Positions 50,889-64,000 of a stretch of 64,000 nt of DNA are shown here, in pieces. Location: assembly GCF_031769215.1 (NCBI RefSeq), contig NW_026781862.1, positions 1,054,001-1,118,000 on the forward strand, in the 5' to 3' direction. The notes beneath the pieces are model-generated. The model worked only from the letters and a program-made list of their open reading frames with translations, had not been told where the DNA came from and made no database searches. The position numbers and the translations under genes were made by a program. The stretch is from Ylistrum balloti (lineage: Eukaryota). The stretch's first letter is position 1; each line of letters begins with the position of its first letter.

Positions 50889-51626
50889 CTACTTTATCGA
50901 ATGAGGAGCACGCCCTTTTTTCTTGGCTTCATTATGAAGTATTTTTCTTACTGTGGTATTGATACAAAACTGCTGCTGACGGAACGCTGCCATTTTGTCG
51001 CTGGGACTAGAGTCGAGATACACGCAGTGATCAGGGGACTCCTTCCCTAGAAATTCCATGACCAGTGACAAATCTGAGCTTCCGTACAGCTTGGTCATTT
51101 TTTCTCTACTTTGGTTGATTAGGTAGGAGAGACGACCGACGAATTCCCGGTAAGAACTGGACGTGCGAGTGCGTCCCGCCATTGTTGCCCGGAACATAGA
51201 ACCTTTATCTAACTGGGGATTAACGGCAACCTTTGGAGGTCGCGTCTGGAGGTAAGAAGCCGAAACCATTCTGCCGCTTGGCGACAACGGCGGCAGGTGA
51301 CTGACGGAACTTCCACTTGGAAGCTTGCTGTAACTCTCGGACATAGAAGGTATGGCGACCCGATATATGTTGGAGATGTCCTGCAAGCGCTGCTCCATCT
51401 GTCTGGACATTTCTTTCTCCTCTTGTTGAACCCGTTTTATTTTCGAGTTTCGTCGTTTTATCTCCCTCAGAGAGATGTCGGGCGATGGCGGAGGAAGCTG
51501 TGTAATATTGTACACATTCTCCGTATCCATGGCCCTCTTTTCAGCAAGGGCCTTCGCGTCGAAGAAGACAATTTCCTCATTCGTCTTTTTGCCCTTTTCA
51601 GGCCAGTATCGCCCGGTATCTTCCAT
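50889..51626 (-). CDS. Uncharacterised 245-aa protein, single coding exon (MEDTGRYW...APHSIK)
   Basis: 738-nt stop-free, non-repetitive ORF in AT-rich DNA. A polypyrimidine tract and AG acceptor at 51635-51636 lie 8 nt before the ATG. Contains a charged, coiled-coil-like stretch (REIKRRNSKIKRVQQEEKEMSRQMEQRLQD) and a Pro/Ser-rich middle. No family recognised; upstream exon not established. Confidence 0.75.
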   Translation of the reverse strand: MEDTGRYWPEKGKKTNEEIVFFDAKALAEKRAMDTENVYNITQLPPPSPDISLREIKRRNSKIKRVQQEEKEMSRQMEQRLQDISNIYRVAIPSMSESYSKLPSGSSVSHLPPLSPSGRMVSASYLQTRPPKVAVNPQLDKGSMFRATMAGRTRTSSSYREFVGRLSYLINQSREKMTKLYGSSDLSLVMEFLGKESPDHCVYLDSSPSDKMAAFRQQQFCINTTVRKILHNEAKKKGRAPHSIK

Positions 51627-51744
51627 TGCAACTCCTAGAAATAACACAATTTAACATGATGCACCTTGTCTATATGTTGCAAAGCAATATGCGACATAAC
51701 GTTTCTCTGTTTTTTGTACTCCACCGTTATACAATGTCCGTCTT

Positions 51745-52215
51745 TGACACTATACTTTCCCGTTACACAATGTTCATCTGCTGTTTAGCAATGTTCGTCT
51801 GTGACATTATACTTTCCCGTTACACAATATTCGCCTGTGACATTATACTTTCCCGTTACACAATATTCGCCTGTGACATTATACTTTCCCGTTACACAAT
51901 ATTCGCCCGTGACATTATACTATCCCGTTACACAATGTTCGCCTGTGACATTATACTGTCCCGTCACACAATATTCGCCTGTGACATTATTCTTTCCCGT
52001 TACACAATATTCGCCTGTAACATTATACTTTCCCGTTACACAATATTCGCCTGTGACATTATACTTTCCCGGTACACAATATTCGCCTGTGACATTATAC
52101 TTTCCCGGTACACAATATTCGCCTGTAACATTATACTTTCCCGTTACACAATGTTCGCCTGTGACATTATACTTTGCCGTTACACAATATTCGCCTGTGA
52201 CATTATACTTTCCCG
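51745..52215. repeat. Minisatellite, 36-bp unit (GTGACATTATACTTTCCCGTTACACAATATTCGCCT)
   Basis: Directly visible, about 13 copies. Confidence 0.95.
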
Positions 52216-53359
52216 ACAGACTATGGTTGTCTATGTCATTGTAATTGTCTCGTTACATTGTCCGACATTTCTTTCACTTTTTGCTACATTGCTATTCATT
52301 TATTACGACCAATATCTCCCTCCTTGTTCCTCCTTGTTCTCCTCTAAATTACACATTTGATTTAGACCTGTTAATGATCGAGATAATTTCACCATTACAC
52401 CACTGGCCCGCTTTCCGCGGTTTTACACATTCTCACAGCCTTCCCCTCCTTTACTATCCATAACATACCTGGCAGCAAGCCTAGACTCGTCTGGACGTCA
52501 CCGTCTGTAATACTATGGCAACTTCACAGCGGAGACTTAAACTCAGGACATGGTCGTTAGTTGAAGAAAAATGGTCTCATCGATCTTGGTTACCAGGGCC
52601 AGTCAAATAATTACGATGACGTCATAGAATCCATACCTTTGTGACGTCATAATCAGCGTGCTATCCGATTAAAACAATGATATTCCTTTCCCAAGTCTAC
52701 ACCAAAATTTAAATTTCAGGATATTTGTTATTCCTTTTTTTCTCATTGCAGGAAATTTTACAAACAGAATGCTATTGTTACAAATCCTGGTGCTATGTTG
52801 AACTGACGAAACATGGAGTAATGCAGAGTATAGCATAATTGTTTCGAATATCGTTTCCAATGATTGATGTTGATTATTACAATGAACGCGGCATCAAAAT
52901 ATTCCTAGAGTTCACTCCTTGTACATTTTGCCTTAGAATTCGATCATCAAATACCACATATGCCGTATATTTGTATAATCATGTAGAGTACATGCTGGAC
53001 TACGGCTTATCAAACATCTTTAGCTATCAGATGTAGAAAAGTTAGTGAACAACCTCCCGACTACATATTACATAAATTACATGAGCTATTGTAGTATCCA
53101 CTTAGGAAATCAGTAAGTATGAGTAGTTACGTGTTCCAGTATAGGTTTGTTTGAATCGGTACTCATTGTAACAATATGTCATTGTTATGTACAAGTTCTA
53201 GTCGATATATGTCAGTAATTAGTACTACTGTAATAGTCAAACATTTATGTGATCATATTTCAAGCGTCTATGCCATGCTCGATGTAGCAATAAACGTATT
53301 GTAGCAGCAGCAGCAGACTCTACGTTGTTACTGAAGGCCTTAATGCCGCGTCATCTTGA

Positions 53360-54372
53360 TACACTCATGAGTGGTATAGTTTGAGTCGTTACGTGTTCCA
53401 GTATAGATTTGTTTGAATCGGTACTCATGAGTGGGTTAGTTTGAGTCGTTACGTGTTCCAGTATAGATTTGTTTGAATCGGTACTCATGAGTGGGTTAGT
53501 TTGGGTCGTTGCTGTTCTAGTGCAGATTTGTTTGAATCGGTACTCATGAGTGGGTTAGTTTGGGTGTTACTGTTCTAGTGAAAATTTGTTTGAATCGGCA
53601 CTCATGAGTGGGTTAGTTTGGGTGTTACTGTTCTAGTGAAAATTTGTTTGAATCGGCACTCATGAGTGGGTTAGTTTGGGTGGGTACTGTTCTAGTGAAA
53701 ATTTGTTCGAATCGGTACTCATGAGTGGGTTAGTTTGGGTCGTTGCTGTTCTAGTGCATATTTGTTTGAATCGGTACTCATGAGTGGCTTAGTTTGGGTC
53801 GTTGCTGTTCTAGTGCATATTTGTTTGAATCGGTACTCATGAGTGGGTTAGTTTGGGTCGTTGCTGTTCTAGTGCAGATTTGTTTGAATCGGTACTCATG
53901 AGTGGGTTAGTTTGGGTGGGTACTGTTCTAGTGAAAATTTGTTTGAATCGGCACTCATGAGTGGGTTAGTTTGAGTCGTTGCTGTTCTAGTGCAGATTTG
54001 TTTGAATCGGTACTCATGAGTGGATTAGTTTGAGTCGTTGCTGTTCTAGTGCATATTTGTTTGAATCGGTACTCATGAGTGGGTTAGTTTGAGTCGTTAC
54101 GTGTTCCAGTATAGATTTGTTTGAATCGGTACTCATGAGTGTGTTAGTTTGGGTCGTTGCTGTTCTAGTGCAGATTTGTTTGAATCGGTACTCATGAGTG
54201 TGTTAGTTTGGGTCGTTGCTGTTCTAGTGCAGTATAGATTTGTTTGAATCGGTACTCATGAGTGTGTTAGTTTGGGTCGTTGCTGTTCTAGTGCAGATTT
54301 GTTTGAATCGGTACTCATGAGTGGGTTAGATTGGGCCGTTACTGTTTTAGTGAAAATTTGTTTGAATCGGTC
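53360..54372. repeat. Minisatellite, 58-60-bp unit (TACTCATGAGTGGGTTAGTTTGGGTCGTTGCTGTTCTAGTGCAGATTTGTTTGAATCGG)
   Basis: About 17 copies; a solo partial unit lies at about 53123-53168. Confidence 0.95.
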
Positions 54373-57300
54373 ATGAGAAGGTCAGTTTGAGTGGACTTCA
54401 TGAATAGATTAAATAAATACGTTCTTTGTGCTCCAAAGTAGGTTTCTTCGCATCTGATAATTGCTTAGTATGTTCCTCGCACATCTAAGAGCCTGTCACA
54501 TCATTGATTTAGATAATATCCCTTCGATACTCTAATATTCAGTCATGTTTTATCACATAACCACCCAGGTATCCCATCATATGAGTTAGGTTTTAGACCA
54601 TAAGTGAAATATAATTTAACGGTTCCCAAATGTTTCTATTGTGACGTCACAACTCTATGGCGTCGCAAGCATTATGACGTGAAAAAAAGATGATTAGAGA
54701 GAATATCGCCATTTAAAATTTGTAACAGTCTAATAACTGCTTTCGAGAATGTTTTCATTTGCGATCAACTGAATGTTACATTCGTTTCCATTACATATAC
54801 GATTTATGAAAATAGTCACGATTTTTTAAGATTAAATGATTTTTATTCACGGTGTTTCGTTTATCGTCGTTCGCCATCAGTCGACCGCCAACATTGTAAG
54901 CCTTTCACATCTTTCACCTCACAAGATCCTTAATTGTAAATTAATTCAGATCTACCTGAAATGATCCAGAGACGGCCCTGGTCACGTGTTGCTATTTTTC
55001 GGGTAAGTCTTAAATCTGATATATGACAACCATAGTCATCATCTTGAAAGCCACAGTTTAAACTTCTTAGTTCCACTGGTGTCATTGGACTAAAATTCTC
55101 GGGGACGGTAAGGGACAGATATTGACAAAGTCGTTATAATTATTTTCGTCTGCAACAAAAAAATTGATATGGCAACCACGACGACCATTTTGGAAGATGA
55201 CTATTTTGGATGTGTTATTTTGAACGATTTCCATCAGTGGGGTCCCCAGATGTCCGGTCGCGTGATGAAATAAGTGACAATGTTGAGAAGCTGTATATTG
55301 AATTGTTTCAATAATTTGATAAGTGTTTCAATGTACCAGCTTTTATTGTAGTAATTAAGAGGTGCTCAGTAAAATGGAAGTTTATGTAAAATCTGTTTAT
55401 GAACGGATTGTTTTTTATTAGATAGCACGTAAGTCCCACCCCCTCATAAAAAAGGAAAAACCTAACACAAGTGAAGCGGGCTGCGGAATTTGCGTTCTGT
55501 CTTTGTAACGTGTCTTTCATCCTCCTTAAAACACATCCCTTTAGCCTTGGTGTTGTGCCCAGCTAAAGACATTCGACGTTCGACAATGATAGAAATGACA
55601 AATAAATTCAAATTATAAACCAAAACCAGTTTCTATCATACAAGTTTCTCACTTACTTTTGTATACCAATACGAACACAACTTCTACAGCACTATCATCG
55701 AATGCCTTTTAAAATCACTTTTCGTCCATGGTGCGTCCGTTCCACCAATAAAGAATGATTTTTGTTACCGCTGTTTCTGCCAATTACTACTCCAGCGATC
55801 TGCTCGAATCTTTATGGACACGTTCAGTATTCGTCCTAATTGTACATTTCGAACGTCATTGGCTATTCAAGATGGATATCAGCCACAATTTTGAAATTTA
55901 ATGTATGTTACCGCTATTTCCGAAGATTATTGACGTGTTCAGTTAAGATCTTTGTTATGCATTCAAGACGATCTTTAGCTGCCATTTTGAATTTTAACAT
56001 TTAAAGTTTGTTACTGATATTCATTAAGAACTAATGATGTGATCTGTTTTTTTTTATACTATGAACATTCATATTATGGGGCCATATTGGATATCTAAAT
56101 TGGCTGCCACCAGCATTTTCAACATTGACACGTAAAGTGTGTTTCTGCAATGTATGCATAGCAGTGAAAAAGATGTTCATGATTGGTCCTAGATTTGCAT
56201 GCTACATTTTGAGCATCATAAGATATTCAAGATGGCTGAAAATGGTCATTTTGAATTTGGGTATTCAAAGGAATTTTATTGTATTTTATTAAGAACTGTG
56301 AAAGAGTTCTTGAAACTAAGGGATAAGTATGGGTATTTATTGTGCCTGCCGTGTAATCATTGGATATTCTAGATGTCCACTACCAGTCATTTAGAGTTGA
56401 ATTATGCTCTAGATGCCATGGTTACATTACATTTAAAATTTTTGAAACAAAGCATCAGGAAATTTTGAATATTGTACCACAAAAATCCATTAATGACAAA
56501 ATCGTAATTACATTTAAAAGGAAAGAGAACATGGATTTTATGTTCAAGGATGACGATCACGTGATCAAGATTTATCTCTGATTTTGTTTTAAGAAAATAA
56601 AGGGAAAATTATACTGGATGTTAAGTATTAAATCTGTTACTGACAAGAAATCAAGTTGGTAGAAATGAAGGACAGGTCTGTCTTTATCACAGGAGACAGG
56701 CTGAATTACGATCTCAGTGCATCCAACAATGCATCACCTTTTAGACTTGTTTAACTAATCTAGAAGATTCAGACTTCTGGGTGTTTAGAAATATACAGTC
56801 TAAAACAAATTGCATCATATCAATATTTTGACACGTGTAAAATGTAGTTTATCTGTATCAGGACATCAAGACATGCATATGCATAGTTTATACTGTGTAA
56901 AAATATCTGGGTCAAAGTATTTGAATTAAAGGTGCTACCCACAAAAAACAGTATAACAATCAAAGGAATTTTATTTTCTCATATAAATATTTCATATAAA
57001 CTGACAGAAAGTCTATACATCTTTGTACTCACCTGGTAAATTCACTGTTATTGCAGGTGTGTGCTTTTCTAATACTAAAGTATGATGTGTTGGATTTTTT
57101 ATTTAGCACAAAAGCCCAATTTTATTTTTACATTTCTTAGAAAACAAAAACAAAGTTAGGAATATACAATATGGCTTTTTCCCTCCTGTTTACTTTCATG
57201 TTATCAAACCCCCATAAACGTCACGCAAGATTTATTCTTTATAATGAAAAAGTAAAAACAATGTAGTGAGATAGACTATCTAAGCAGTCACAGAATTTAT

Positions 57301-59608
57301 AATCTTTCTCCTGTAAATATCAAACCAAATAAACTGAAACTTATAGAAGATCAGAAAAGATTTATAAACTACACTGTGAGGTAGTGTGACATTGTAACAT
57401 CATTATTAACGCTGTGAAGACAGAAATTATTCATTAATTACAAGAAATGTAAAATATATTAACAATTACAAAACTCTGCAATTTTTTTTTCAGAAGTACA
57501 ACTTGAAATAATCCAAACTGGATTGGAAGCTATATATAAATGATATACACAGTTTGTTAAATGTCACACCAAACAAAATTAAATCCAGACAAATATCCAT
57601 CCAATATATTTAGCAGGACAAAAAATTCAAAAGTACAAACATTAAACAAAGTGCAACATCAAATCTAGAATAATATAAAAAAAATTACAAAAATAAAAAT
57701 GAATTTTGAATTAAGAAAACCTAGAGGACCAAGTGGCCATATCAATCACCTGCTTTGTAAATGTCATGGACATCAAGAGGTCAAGGCCAAATTAATGGCA
57801 AGTGAACCAAAACTGAAAGTTAAGTATCTTAAGAATCTTTTTATCTTAGTGACTTACAAAGGTAGTCAAGATATAATTTCTTTAAATAAATCCTAAACTT
57901 CTGATAAAAGAAATACATGTACATCATGTAGTATCTTACGAGGTTTTTAACACTTCAATGAATCTTGAAACAATGGAGGAAAGTACCCTACTAACATTTC
58001 ATATAGAGTTTCATATTACAGAGTATGATGCTTTGTTCACTGAAGCAGAAAATAATTAAAAAATACTTAAACTTCATTGACCTGTGCAAATCTCATACAA
58101 TCATACAAAGCTGGTTTGTGCTGATATAATAAATTAACCAGATGAAGAGTTGATTAAGTAATGGAAATCGTTCAATTGTTTCATTGAAAACTATTGTTCA
58201 TTTAGAACTGGACGGATTGAAGTATTATTAAGCTAATTAGTGTTTAGCACCTTGAATTAAAAATGCTATCTGATTTTTATCATGTGTATCTCAGTTCATC
58301 TTATTCCTTAAGACAACATACAACATCCATTTTAAGTACTAGAAACTATGGTGTTTCAAGCAAAATGTTTGATTCCATATGTACGAATATAAATACATGT
58401 CTTCTCTCACAATTAAATAACAAAGTCTCCCTCTCACACACATTGAATATTTAAACCTGTCTACAATATTGTACAGAAAATAAGGTTGAAATCAGATGCA
58501 TTATTTACAAAGACTGATGATAAACTTGGAATTAATCACTCATCAGTGTGAAATCATCAAATAAACCATTTTTAATGTCTGTAGTCAGCCGTCAAACTTG
58601 ATTGTGCGATACAGAATAGGATATTCTAACTAAGGTAGAACTAATATGACTACAGTTCTAATATCACTAAACTGAACAAAAATATGTCTCAAACATCAAA
58701 CATAGATGTGTTGATGTTATGATTGTAAATAGGCTGTGATAATTACAAAGTGATTGTGTAAGTTAGATAAAGCACTGGGGTTATATTTGGTTGATATCCT
58801 TCTGTGGGCTGGCGAGCTTTAACATCATGACACTACATATTTAAGGTATCATCAACATTTGTGAGTTAAAGCCAGTGGTATCAAAGTCATATTAACAGTT
58901 ATCATGTTAAAAAAAAAAACTCATCGAAGATAAACTTTGTCAATCTTCTTGATAATTCACAACACGACATAAAAAAAAAAACAAACATGAAAATTAGCAC
59001 CTACAATTTTTTACAGTACTTATCCAGCATATACCCATAATATCATTCAGCAGAATTATATATTTTAATTCACTGTTCAGTAATAAGCCCATGCCCTAAC
59101 TTTGAATAAGAAGTATCAAACTGTTGATCCCTAGGCTTAATGCACGATAACTACAGTGATTTGTGGATTTCTATCGAATTGGATAGAAAATTTAACTTAA
59201 TCAAAAAGATCTGTATAAAATTGAATTTGCTGTTTTGAACAATACCGGTGAATTAAGACTTCAATTATTCATTTTTCTGATATACCCTTGATATAAGTAA
59301 TGAATTCCAAACAGAAGATATGCCTTAGGTTTTTACAGAAACATTTTCAACATATTCAGGATTTTCAGTTTTAAATGATTCTGAAGTAGGAGTTCAAATT
59401 TTGATGGTAAAATTTTAACAGAGAAATCCTTCAAAACAGAACCAACATGTGTATGTAACATTGGTGCCAAATATAACTGGCAATTTGTTAATCCAGTGGC
59501 AATGTTGATATCATTATAATGTTGATTCTATTGAAATGTTCATCCTATTACAATATTGATCCGATGTAGATGGTATTGTGAATCGGCGTCAAAATACATG
59601 TACCACAG

Positions 59609-59850
59609 TGGTGAAGTGAACTGCAGGTCATGGCCATGGTAAAGTGAAGCCCCCTGCCTCACCCTGAATTTCCCTACCCAACACATATATTTTTGTTATT
59701 TGTGTGTTTTTATGATAGAATCAGGGCATTTAGAAAAAGAATTGGTGCCAAAAATTTAACTAGTAAGAAAATAGTGTAATGCTTCACTTTACCATGGTCA
59801 TGGTGAATGAACCCCCTATAATGGTGAAATGAACAGCGTTTACTTCACCA
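59609..59850. mobile_element. Nested inverted-repeat element (MITE relic or hairpin) downstream of the WD40 stop
   Basis: 59629-59650 CATGGCCATGGTAAAGTGAAGC pairs with 59781-59802 (21/22). 59609-59621 pairs with 59838-59850 (12/13). Confidence 0.5.
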
Positions 59851-60343
59851 TGGGCTTCACGTTATCATACTACATCAGCTGCAACATTGATCATGTTATA
59901 ATGTTGTTCATATTAAAATAATGTTCATCATGTGTGTGATCCTATGACAATCTCTATAAATAGACATTGCTTTAATGATACCATGAAAAACTCACATGTT
60001 TATATGTTAAAACCTGAGACACATTAAATAATGAAAACTTAATATCAAATACAGTATCTGATAACAACATCCAGCTTTGACATTTTATCTATACTTTATC
60101 TTCTAATATTACATCTTTTAAATGTTAAAATATTTTTCTTTTTATCTTTTTTGCTCATAACGTAGCCATGTATGTTTTAAATTTTCAACATTTTTTCCAC
60201 AGCTTGATTTTAATCTGCATAAGCAAGCTGTGAAAGAAGTAAACAAATATTGGAATTTTCTAAAAGATTTCCCTACATCTATCTACAATTAAATGGCAAC
60301 TTCATAAGAATAAATAGAAGCATATTGATATAAGGGATTTGAT

Positions 60344-62746
60344 TTAGCTTTTCTTTTCCCCTCGGAGAAGGTAGATATTGTGGCTGCTGCCAATGGCAAT
60401 CTTTGGGTGATGACCCTGTCGGTCATTGTCCATACAGTATACACCCTGGGGAAGCTCCACAAACTGACCAGTTGTCTGAAAGGATAAAAAAGTCAAGGTC
60501 AAGAACAAATACATACATTTCATGGTCAAACATTGACAATAAGTAATGAGGTTATATATCAAATATAAAAAAAAAATCAATTTTCTATTTATAGTAATGT
60601 GACATTGGCCTTTGACATTCCTATATGAATAGCAACCCCCAGCAAAACACTCAGTGGGAGCAATGTTTCAGTTTGGTGGACTCAAGGCCTTCAAGTTATT
60701 GTAGAAACTAATTTTCAATTAATTGATTTTATAGTAATAGTAACTGTGACATTTTTACTTGAAAGTCAATTCCAAACTTTGATGTATTCACATTATGGCA
60801 TGTAAACCTGTTTGGATGACAACACATCAAACAGCTAACCTGACTACAGACAAAGAGATAACTACATACATATCACCTTTTCATGTGACATAAAAACCTC
60901 TGAAGGTCAAATATATCAAGGTCAAACAGAAGGGAAATGTTTAAAGGGAGGTAATGCCATATTCAAACAGTTCATTAAAACTTTAAAATTAAGAATAAAG
61001 GCTGTGGTTGTAAATAATAAACCTTCACTTTATAATATTTTAACCTTACTTACATTAAGTGTCCCACGGTCAATCACTCGGGCCATATGCATGTAGGAAC
61101 CACCAGCAATAATACTGTCCTTTCCTAGCCATTGACAGCAGTATACCTGTAACAATAGTCAAGTATCATTAAAAAGCAGTTAGCTGTGAAAAAACCCAGA
61201 GGGCTAGATTAATATGTTGATCCTTAAACAGATTAACATGTTGACACTTAAATAAATTAACATGTTGACACTTAAACAGATTAACACATTCATACTTAAA
61301 TAGATTAACATGTTGACACTTAACTAGATTAACATGTTGTCACTTGACTAGATTAACATGTTGACACTTAACTAGATTAACATGTTGACACCTGACTAGA
61401 TTAACATGTTGTCACTTGACTAGATTAACATGTTGACACTTAACTAGATTTACAAGTTTGCACTTAATTAAATTAACACATTGTCACTTAAATAGACAAT
61501 CATGTTGACACTTAAATAGATTAACATGTTAACACCTAACTTATATTATTATATTGATGCTTACCAGACTAGCATTTAATGGTTCTGGAGGCACATCTTT
61601 GATAAGCAGTCCTGAAGAGAAGTCCCAAATCTGAAATTCATCAAATGTTTGTTTTTGGTGGATTAAAAACTACCAGCCCTTAATTGGCGAAAGATAATTC
61701 AAATTTCTTACACACTTGTTATGAAAGTTTTAAAACAGTTTAAGAAAAGAAATGTGTCAATCCTGACAGAGAAATACATGTAATTTAACATTAACACACA
61801 AGATGGTATTGCTGGAAGGCCAATCTCAAGTGCATTTCAATGATAAAGATAGTTTAATGTACTGAACCAAAACACTTTACAATAACTGAGACGAAATTAT
61901 TTCTTTCAATCTAACTTATTTTGCATCACTGAGGCAAAATAAATCTAACAGAAGAAAGGAACAGGGAACAAAGGAACAATTATCTCTTATTCGTCTAGAC
62001 GTCTGGATCCTGTAAAATTTTACACTGCAAAGTACTCAGCCATAATTTTGCTCCCTAGCTGATGATACAACCAACTTCATAATGGAGATTTATCATCCTG
62101 GATACTGTCATGAATAAAATTAAAATTCCTGGATGAATGTACAGGTACATCTTATAATGTAAGATATTTTGTCCTGTATTAGGCCCAGATTTAGGGCCAA
62201 CACATAACCTATGAGTCAAAGTGAAGGGGTGGGCTTATTCTGATAAACAAATTGTTGATGATTCTACTTATCAGCCATACATTCTGGTCACCAAGTATTT
62301 GCTTATTGTTGGATGATAAGGTACATATAATTATATACACACCTGTAAAACTTTATCATTCCGCCAGGATCCTGTAAGGATGTGATTGTGTTCGGTGTCA
62401 ATTTCAAGGGAATCCCCACAAATATGTGGGCCATGGAAATGTCTGTAAACAACAAATATTCTAAGCTTTAGTCTCTGTAAATTAGGTTTGATAAATTTAA
62501 CATTTTTTGGTGTTTTCTTTTTTATAAATGCCTTTATTTGATCCCAAATTTTCAGCTCACAACAGCAAATGCTTCCCTGACTGATATAAACCCAATATTA
62601 CCTACCCTAATCTACAGACACGCACCTGATTGATATTAACCCAATATTACTTACCCTAATCTATAGACACCTGATTAATATTTACCTGGTGTTACCTGGC
62701 CTTATTTCACTTACCTGACAGCATGCCTTTCCCTATCATCCCAGAA
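60344..62746 (-). CDS. WD40-repeat protein, 3' part only (last five exons)
   Basis: Exons 62746-62715 (FWDDRERHAV), 62442-62343 (HFHGPHICGDSLEIDTEHNHILTGSWRNDKVLQ), 61630-61565 (IWDFSSGLLIKDV...), 61146-61054 (VYCCQWLGKDSIIAGGS...RVID), 60475-60344 (stop). GT-AG with consistent phases. WD dipeptides and ILTGS/IAGGS strand patterns. The 5' exons appear to lie beyond the window end. Confidence 0.85.
61208..61535. repeat. Minisatellite, 24-bp unit (TTAACATGTTGACACTTAAATAGA), WD40 intron
   Basis: 24-nt periodicity (61233, 61257, ...). Confidence 0.9.
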
Positions 62747-63504
62747 CTGTAGAAAAGAAGGAAAAAAGTGAGTACATCTACCAATACTATTTTCATTACA
62801 AGAGGCTCAAGGGGTCTAATTATTGCTTTCCTGGCATTCAAAGCCATTTACAAATACATTAACATCTCACATTATCGATATTCAAAGTGGGCAATTTATC
62901 CAATTAGTTTAAACTAACTTTGAAACCTGGTAGGCTGAACATTATTTCAACTTTGATTCATTTTTGGCAGAAAAGTTTCAAGCTTTTGATCTTAATTTGG
63001 TAAAGGTCATTTCTATTTTTAAAATGGATTCATCACAGAAGCATTCAAAGTTTTTGATAAATTTGATTCTAGTAACCTTGAATATAAATATGTATCAAGA
63101 TCATTTCCATGTCAAAACTATATTCAGATTCATCCTAGTAAACTACTAGCCAAATATCATGTTGCTTGGATTTTGGATTAATCAGAAATATTTTGAAGTT
63201 TTCAGCTAATTTAACTTCTGTGACCTTTAATATTGGCCAAAGTAACTTCTTTTAGCAAAATATGTATGACTTTATCTCAGGAATCAACCAGCCATTATAA
63301 AAACAAAGTGACTCTTCCTGATGATTATTGAGAAGAAATCATTTCAGTAGAAAAATTGAAGCCGGATGGATGCTATGTGCTGCACCATGGCATGAGCTTA
63401 TTTGATGCCCTTTTGGTCCAGGTAAGCTAAACTTTCAACACCTCCTGGTATATGGTGTACGTTAAAATACCAGAGTGAAAATATTGTACTGCTTTCTCAG
63501 CCCC

Positions 63505-64000
63505 CAATGAGAGATACAGTATTATCTACCTGTATCATTTTCTCAGACTCCAGGTGACAGATACAGTAATATTTTCCTGTACTGTGACACCTAAGCCCCA
63601 AGTGAGAGATACAGTGATATTTATCTGTATCACTTTCTCTAAAACCCTTGTTGATAGATACAGAAATATTTACCTGTACTCGTCCCAGCCCCCAGTGACA
63701 GATACAGAAATATTTACCTGTACTGTAGTGATAGATACAGAAATATTTACCTGTACTGTGTCGTCCCAGCCCCCAGTGATAGATACAGCAATATTTACCT
63801 GTACTGTGTCGTCCCAGCCCCCAATGATAGATACAGAAATATTTACCTGTACTGTGTCGTCCCAGCCCCCAGTGATAGATATAGAAATATTTACCTGTAC
63901 TGTGTCGTCCCAGCCCCCAGTGATAGATACAGAAACATTTACCTGTACTGTGTCGTCCCAGCCCCCAGTGATAAATACAGAAATATTTACCTGTACTGTG
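63505..64000. repeat. Minisatellite, 48-bp unit (GATAGATACAGAAATATTTACCTGTACTGTGTCGTCCCAGCCCCCAGT), runs off the window end
   Basis: 48-nt periodicity (63730, 63778, ...), more degenerate at the 5' side. Confidence 0.9.

Noticed and set aside
51297-51638. 113-aa plus-strand ORF
   Set aside because: Antisense shadow of the 245-aa minus-strand CDS; it has no ATG start or splice support.
51626-52360. 244-aa and 147-aa plus-strand ORFs
   Set aside because: Translations of the 36-bp minisatellite (CDIILSRYTIFA repeats).

Overview
AT-rich, intron-containing animal genomic DNA, probably a bivalve mollusc (inferred from composition, repeat types and gene content; the species cannot be determined). 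I reconstructed six genes by hand from GT-AG boundaries and reading-frame continuity. (1) A complete 12-exon atypical calpain on the minus strand (581 aa): CysPc plus domain III, no penta-EF-hand, with an N-terminal myristoylation motif. (2 and 4) Two paralogous 6-coding-exon multi-pass membrane protein genes on the plus strand (320 and 302 aa), each built from two tandem copies of a 4-TM unit that resembles TP53I11/PIG11. (3) Between them, a 4-exon proline-racemase-family gene on the minus strand (340 aa). It has the scaffold of animal L3HYPDH but keeps both catalytic cysteines (MCGH and DRSPCGSG), which predicts racemase/epimerase rather than dehydratase activity. It is flanked by two broken fragments of a diverged paralog. 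(5) An uncharacterised 245-aa single-coding-exon ORF on the minus strand. (6) The last five exons of a WD40-repeat gene on the minus strand. The rest is about 16 unrelated minisatellite arrays, MITE-like elements and a decayed LINE fragment. There are no CRISPR arrays, rRNA or recognisable tRNA genes. All family assignments come from motif recall, not database searches.
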